From Candidatus Latescibacterota bacterium (GTDB lineage Bacteria > Latescibacterota > UBA2968 > SICM01), in the NCBI GenBank assembly GCA_965217865.1, contig CBDCJO010000001.1, positions 64,001 to 128,000 of the forward strand: DNA of 64,000 nt, given 5' to 3'. A program made the position numbers and the translations under genes. Within the stretch, counting starts at the first letter, position 1. Every line of letters begins with the position of its first letter. Under the pieces are notes generated by a model. It had not been told where the DNA came from and did not search any database. It saw nothing but the letters and a program-made list of their open reading frames with translations. Positions 59,570-64,000 of this stretch are shown one piece after another.

Positions 59570-60559
59570 TCATGGAACATCCACGTGATCGAAAATACGC
59601 TGCACAATATCCTCGGATGTCGTCTCCTCGGCCTCCGCCTCGTACGTGACGATCACCCGGTGCCGCAATACATCCATACCGACGGCCTTCACATCCTCCG
59701 GAGTCACATACCCCCGTCGCCGGAGAAAGGCATGGGCACGGGCTGCCTGCGCCAGGTAGATCGAAGCCCTGGGCGATGCACCGTATTCAATCAAGGAACT
59801 CAGATCCGGCAGCCCACTCGCAGCTGGATCGCGCGTCGCGAACACAAGGTCAAGGATATAATCCTTGATCTTTTCATCCTCGTACACGCTGTTTACAACG
59901 GAGCGGGATTTGACGATGTCTTCAGGTGAGACAACGGCTTGAACCTCGGGGGGAGGGCCGGAGGACATCCGATCCATAATGGCCCTCTCCTCCTTGCGAT
60001 CCGGGTAAGAGACTCTTATTTTGAGCATAAAGCGGTCCAGTTGAGCCTCCGGAAGAGGGTAAGTCCCCTCCTGTTCGATCGGATTCTGCGTTGCTAGGAC
60101 GAGAAAGGGATCTTCCAGGGGAAAGGTCTTGTCCCCGATGGTCACCTGGCGTTCCTGCATCGCCTCCAGCATGGCGCTTTGGACCTTCGCGGGGGCGCGA
60201 TTGACCTCGTCGGCCAGGATCAGGTTGGCGAAGATGGGCCCCTTCTTCGGGACGAACTTACCGCTCCCCTGGTGAAAGATCATCGTCCCGATCAGGTCCG
60301 CTGGCAGGAGGTCGGGTGTAAACTGGATTCTGCCGAAGGAAGCCCGGACTGTCCGAGCGAGGGTGCTGACAGACAGGGTCTTAGCCAATCCGGGTACCCC
60401 CTCCAGAAGCACGTGGCCATTGCACAGCATGGCGATGATGAGCCTCTCCACCATGCCGTGCTGTCCGACGATGACCTTTCCGATCTCTGCAACCAGGGCT
60501 TCGACGAAGGCACTCTCCCGGTTCACCTGTTCATTGATGGCGACGATGTCTCTTCCCAT
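59570..60559 (-). CDS. moxR: MoxR family AAA+ ATPase
   Basis: EGVPGLAKT, RIQFTPDLLPAD, DEVNRAPAKVQSA, ATQNPIEQEGTYPLPEAQLDRF. Confidence 0.95.
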   Translation of the reverse strand: MGRDIVAINEQVNRESAFVEALVAEIGKVIVGQHGMVERLIIAMLCNGHVLLEGVPGLAKTLSVSTLARTVRASFGRIQFTPDLLPADLIGTMIFHQGSGKFVPKKGPIFANLILADEVNRAPAKVQSAMLEAMQERQVTIGDKTFPLEDPFLVLATQNPIEQEGTYPLPEAQLDRFMLKIRVSYPDRKEERAIMDRMSSGPPPEVQAVVSPEDIVKSRSVVNSVYEDEKIKDYILDLVFATRDPAASGLPDLSSLIEYGASPRASIYLAQAARAHAFLRRRGYVTPEDVKAVGMDVLRHRVIVTYEAEAEETTSEDIVQRIFDHVDVP

Positions 60560-60636
60560 CTCCACGAAGCGCTCCTCCAATTGTCAGTTCCAAGATCTTG
60601 ACTTCAACGTGGAAACTGGAACTGGAATTCTTCATG

Positions 60637-61152
60637 TTATTTCGTGACTAGAGTTTCTTCTTTGGTGATCTGCAACCATTTGTCGGGGGATTTTCCGAGG
60701 TACTCCAGAGATATCCTTGCGTCGTCAACAAAATCGGAGTGGGGAAATTGATCGATTACCCTCTGGTAGGCGGTCCTTGCCTTTTCATAGTCCTCGAGAG
60801 AATCTAAGATAAAACCGATCATGAATTGAGCTTCGTCCGCCTTATAACTATCGGAGTAATTGTCTAAGATCTTTTGATAAGCCGCAATTGCATCCAGATG
60901 CCGGTCCTGATTCTGGTGGATCCTGGCAAGGGCGATCAGGGCGATATCGATCCTCGCATCCCGGGGAAATCGCTGGACAAATTCGGCCAACAGCTTTTCG
61001 GCCTGCGAATACCTAGCCACGTTGTGAGACGCCCGCTCCCCTTCTGTGAACAGTGCATCCGCAGATTTACCGCTGCATCCCGCCCAGGATAGTGCCAGGA
61101 AGAATAGGAGGCCTCCATTCAGGATATACCTTTTCATAATCACTGCCCTCAA
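60637..61152 (-). CDS. TPR-containing lipoprotein
   Basis: Lipobox-like WAGC, TPR_6-type repeats (Y..I...YP.S-like); start 61137-61152. Confidence 0.75.
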   Translation of the reverse strand: MRAVIMKRYILNGGLLFFLALSWAGCSGKSADALFTEGERASHNVARYSQAEKLLAEFVQRFPRDARIDIALIALARIHQNQDRHLDAIAAYQKILDNYSDSYKADEAQFMIGFILDSLEDYEKARTAYQRVIDQFPHSDFVDDARISLEYLGKSPDKWLQITKEETLVTK

Positions 61153-61251
61153 TATGCCGGGGGCCGATTTCCCGGTTCCCGGTCCTGTTCGGCTTAAAGA
61201 ATATTGACTTTTAACACCGGGTCAGGTTCCCAAAAAATGAGGAGCCATCCT

Positions 61252-61614
61252 TTATCCCGATTTTTCTTCCTTTTTCGCCTTGCTCTTGGCGGCCCCTGAA
61301 TCCACCCCGGAATCCGAAGACTTCTTCGATCCTGAATCCTTCGATCCTGAATCCTTCGAGCCCGAATCCTTCGAGCCTGAATCTCCGCTCGAGGAGGAAG
61401 TCTCGGCCTTCGCCGCCTTCTTGTAGCTCTCACTGCGGTAATCGGTGATATAAAAGCCTGACCCCTTGAAAAGAAGCCCGGCCCCTGTCCCGATCAAGCG
61501 GCGGATCTTCCGTCGCTTGCATTTGGGGCAGGTTTTTTTCGGTTCTTCGGTGATGCTTTGAAACTCCTCAAACTTGTGACCGCAGGCTGAACACTCATAA
61601 TCATAAGTCGGCAT
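61252..61614 (-). CDS. FmdB family zinc-ribbon protein
   Basis: MPTYDYECSACGH.FE..QS, CPKC, FKGSGFY.TDYR. Confidence 0.92.
   Translation of the reverse strand: MPTYDYECSACGHKFEEFQSITEEPKKTCPKCKRRKIRRLIGTGAGLLFKGSGFYITDYRSESYKKAAKAETSSSSGDSGSKDSGSKDSGSKDSGSKKSSDSGVDSGAAKSKAKKEEKSG
61324..61383. repeat. Four 15-nt coding repeats (DSGSK) in the FmdB-family tail
   Basis: CTTCGA(T/G)CC(T/C)GAATC x4. Confidence 0.85.
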
Positions 61615-61780
61615 GAAAAAAATCCTTCCAATGGTGGGGACAGGGGAGAAGTTGAAGAAGGTTCCCAAAATACCATATCAAGGAAATTAAATTTTTTACT
61701 CTATTTGAGTCAAGGTTTTTTTATGTATCTTTATCTTATTCGGTATCTTGCAGTTCTCCCCCCAACCACAGCGCCATTTC

Positions 61781-62800
61781 ATGTCCCCCGTCATCTCCGT
61801 CATTCTTCCGGCCTACAACGCGGCGGCCACCTTAGAGGAGGCGGTTGAATCCCTCCGTGCGGGAACCTACGAAGATTTCGAGATCGTTCTGATTGACGAC
61901 GGTTCAGAGGACCAGACGTGGGAAGTCATTCGACACCTGGCCTCGATGGACCCCCGGATCCGTCCGATCAAGACTCATCACAGCGGCCTGATCCACGCCT
62001 TGAATCTCGGCCTTTCGGAAGCCCGGGGAGAATTCATCGCCCGGATGGACGCGAATGATCTCTCCCATCCCCAACGCCTTGCCCTCCAGTTTTTGCTTCT
62101 CAACCGACGCCCCGAGGTGGTCCTGGCCGGATGCATGGTAGAGAGCTTTCCATCCTCCGAAATCAGGGAAGGTTTCCGGATCTACACGGACTGGATCAAC
62201 AGCCTGATCGAACCCGACGAAATCGCCAGGGAGATCTTCATCGAAAGCCCCATCTGCCACCCTTCCGTGCTGATACGGAAAGGGGAACTAACGCGGATCG
62301 GGGGCTACCGCGACCCCGGTTGGGCGGAGGACTATGACCTGTGGCTCCGGCTCAATCTGGCGGGGAAGCGTTTTGCCAAAGTCCCGAAAGTCCTCTTCTC
62401 ATGGCGCGATCACCCGGATCGGCTCACTCGAACGGATTCCCGATATTCCGTCGAAAATTTTCTTCGGGCCAAGGCCCACTACCTGGCCGCCGGTCCCCTC
62501 CGCGAAACCAGGTCGGCGATTGTATGGGGTGCGGGCCAGACGGGTCGTCGCCTGTCCAAACACCTCATTCACGAAGGCGTGAGACTTCTGGGGTTCATCG
62601 ATATCGACCCTTCAAAGATCGGTCGAACGCTCAGGAACGCCGCCATCCAATCGCCGGATACACTGCCGGACCTCCGCCGGAAGCATAAAGGCGTGATGAT
62701 TCTCAGTGCCGTGTCATCACGCGGTGCCCGAAACCTGATCCGCGGACATCTCAAAGGTTTGGATCTGGTCGAAGGGGTCGATTTCCTGTGTGTGGCCTGA
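61781..62800 (+). CDS. Glycosyltransferase family 2
   Basis: SVILPAYN, DDGS.D, ARMDAND, EDYDLW, C-terminal WGAG..G. Confidence 0.9.
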   Translation: MSPVISVILPAYNAAATLEEAVESLRAGTYEDFEIVLIDDGSEDQTWEVIRHLASMDPRIRPIKTHHSGLIHALNLGLSEARGEFIARMDANDLSHPQRLALQFLLLNRRPEVVLAGCMVESFPSSEIREGFRIYTDWINSLIEPDEIAREIFIESPICHPSVLIRKGELTRIGGYRDPGWAEDYDLWLRLNLAGKRFAKVPKVLFSWRDHPDRLTRTDSRYSVENFLRAKAHYLAAGPLRETRSAIVWGAGQTGRRLSKHLIHEGVRLLGFIDIDPSKIGRTLRNAAIQSPDTLPDLRRKHKGVMILSAVSSRGARNLIRGHLKGLDLVEGVDFLCVA

Positions 62801-62870
62801 TTGATCCTTGACCTTTGGAACCCGGAACGAATCTTTTGCAATCACCCTGTCCTTTTCGTAATATTTACCC

Positions 62871-63533
62871 ATGCCGGATCAGGAAAAAAACAACTCCCTC
62901 GTCATCACGGAGATCTACAAAAGCATACAGGGTGAATCCACCTGGACCGGATGCCCTTGCGTCTTCGTTCGGCTCTCCGGATGCGATCTTCGCTGCGGCT
63001 GGTGCGATTCCGAATATACTTTTTCAGGTGGGGATCGCATCGCCATCGACAAGATCGTCGAGGAGGTCGAAAACCACGGATGTCCTCTGGTCGAGATCAC
63101 CGGCGGTGAACCCCTCCTTCAGCCCGGCGTACATCCTCTCATCTCTACGCTGATCGATCGCGGTCATCGGGTCATCGTTGAGACCGGCGGTCACCTCGAT
63201 GTTTCCGTGATCGACCCCCGCGCCATCCGCGTGATCGACGTGAAATGTCCCGGAAGCGGCGAGTCCCAAAAGGTCCGCTGGAAGAATTTGGATGCCTTGC
63301 GGGAAACCGACCAGATTAAATTTGTCCTGGCCGATCGAGGGGATTACGATTGGGCGAAGGACATAATCAGGAGGCACAGCCTGAACGAACGCGTCGCTGT
63401 CCTCCTCTCCGTTGCCCACGGTATCCTTCCCCCCGCGGACCTTGCCGCCTGGATCCTTGAGGATCGTCTCAACGTCCGGCTGCAGATCCAGCTTCACAAA
63501 TACATTTGGAGTTCTGTCGAAACCGGGATATGA
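62871..63533 (+). CDS. queE: 7-carboxy-7-deazaguanine synthase
   Basis: SIQGE, FVRL.GCDLRCGWCD, TGGEPLLQ, QLHKYIW. Confidence 0.93.
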   Translation: MPDQEKNNSLVITEIYKSIQGESTWTGCPCVFVRLSGCDLRCGWCDSEYTFSGGDRIAIDKIVEEVENHGCPLVEITGGEPLLQPGVHPLISTLIDRGHRVIVETGGHLDVSVIDPRAIRVIDVKCPGSGESQKVRWKNLDALRETDQIKFVLADRGDYDWAKDIIRRHSLNERVAVLLSVAHGILPPADLAAWILEDRLNVRLQIQLHKYIWSSVETGI

Positions 63534-63617
63534 TCAGGGAAAGGATCGCCTCCTCAAAACGGATCCATCCCCGCCGGCATATGGGGATTCTTCCTGTATT
63601 CAAGCGGCCTTTCTCTG

Positions 63618-63646
63618 TTGACAACCTTTTCGCAATCGTTTATGTT
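63618..63646 (+). promoter_or_regulatory. Sigma70-type promoter
   Basis: TTGACA, 17 nt, TATGTT. Confidence 0.55.
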
Positions 63647-63692
63647 TTAAAGAAATAGAGTGGTTCATTTTCACCTTTCATGGAGGAAGATC

Positions 63693-63896
63693 ATGGCCAA
63701 GACGCCTACGGAGTGGCAGACTCCGAACGAAATTCGAAAGACCCTTGGAGAAAAAAATGCAAATCACTATATAGAAGACCTTGTACAGGACGAAAAGAAC
63801 CGGTCTGAGATCCTAGAAAAGATTATGGGCCTGGCCAATTGCAATAAGTATTCCGCGGACGACTTCCTTCGAAACCTGTTGAACAACCCCACCTGA
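63693..63896 (+). CDS. Small hypothetical protein (67 aa)
   Basis: GGAGGA RBS before ATG 63693, with upstream promoter. Confidence 0.6.
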   Translation: MAKTPTEWQTPNEIRKTLGEKNANHYIEDLVQDEKNRSEILEKIMGLANCNKYSADDFLRNLLNNPT

Positions 63897-64000
63897 TGGG
63901 GTAATTTTTTCCTCCGGACTGGAATTTAAGGCGCATTAAGCCGATATAACAAACAAAAGCCCTATTCTCATCTTGCGCAAACAGTTTCGGAAATTGAAGC

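Overview
GC-rich bacterial chromosomal window, mostly housekeeping and catabolic genes. The gene repertoire loosely suggests an FCB-group lineage such as Ca. Latescibacterota; this is inference only. Contents: zinc-ribbon gene (5'-partial), RNase P RNA, pyrF, cyclophilin, HU and two near-identical IS1380-family elements, both inserted at CTAG. There are two frameshifted genes and a 32-copy perfect TCGTGAT heptamer array. A cNMP-domain Na+/H+ antiporter is split by a decayed IS1595-family element with passenger ORFs and a nested IS1380. Further on are a catabolic enzyme run, epmA with an unusual LysRS-like N-terminal domain, rlmN-murA-cca, a metB-like gene under a SAM-II riboswitch that appears wired to a terminator/antiterminator, thrC, a MoxR-DUF58-Bat operon with an embedded GldAFG-like ABC/DUF4340 cassette, and queE. 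The least explained signal is non-coding: many gene junctions carry degenerate 7-nt tandem repeats of different sequences, often in inverted pairs. These include a three-copy ~100-nt element built as (TTGAATA)n - conserved core - (TCTTCAA)n inside the Bat operon. No tRNA, rRNA or CRISPR array was recognised.
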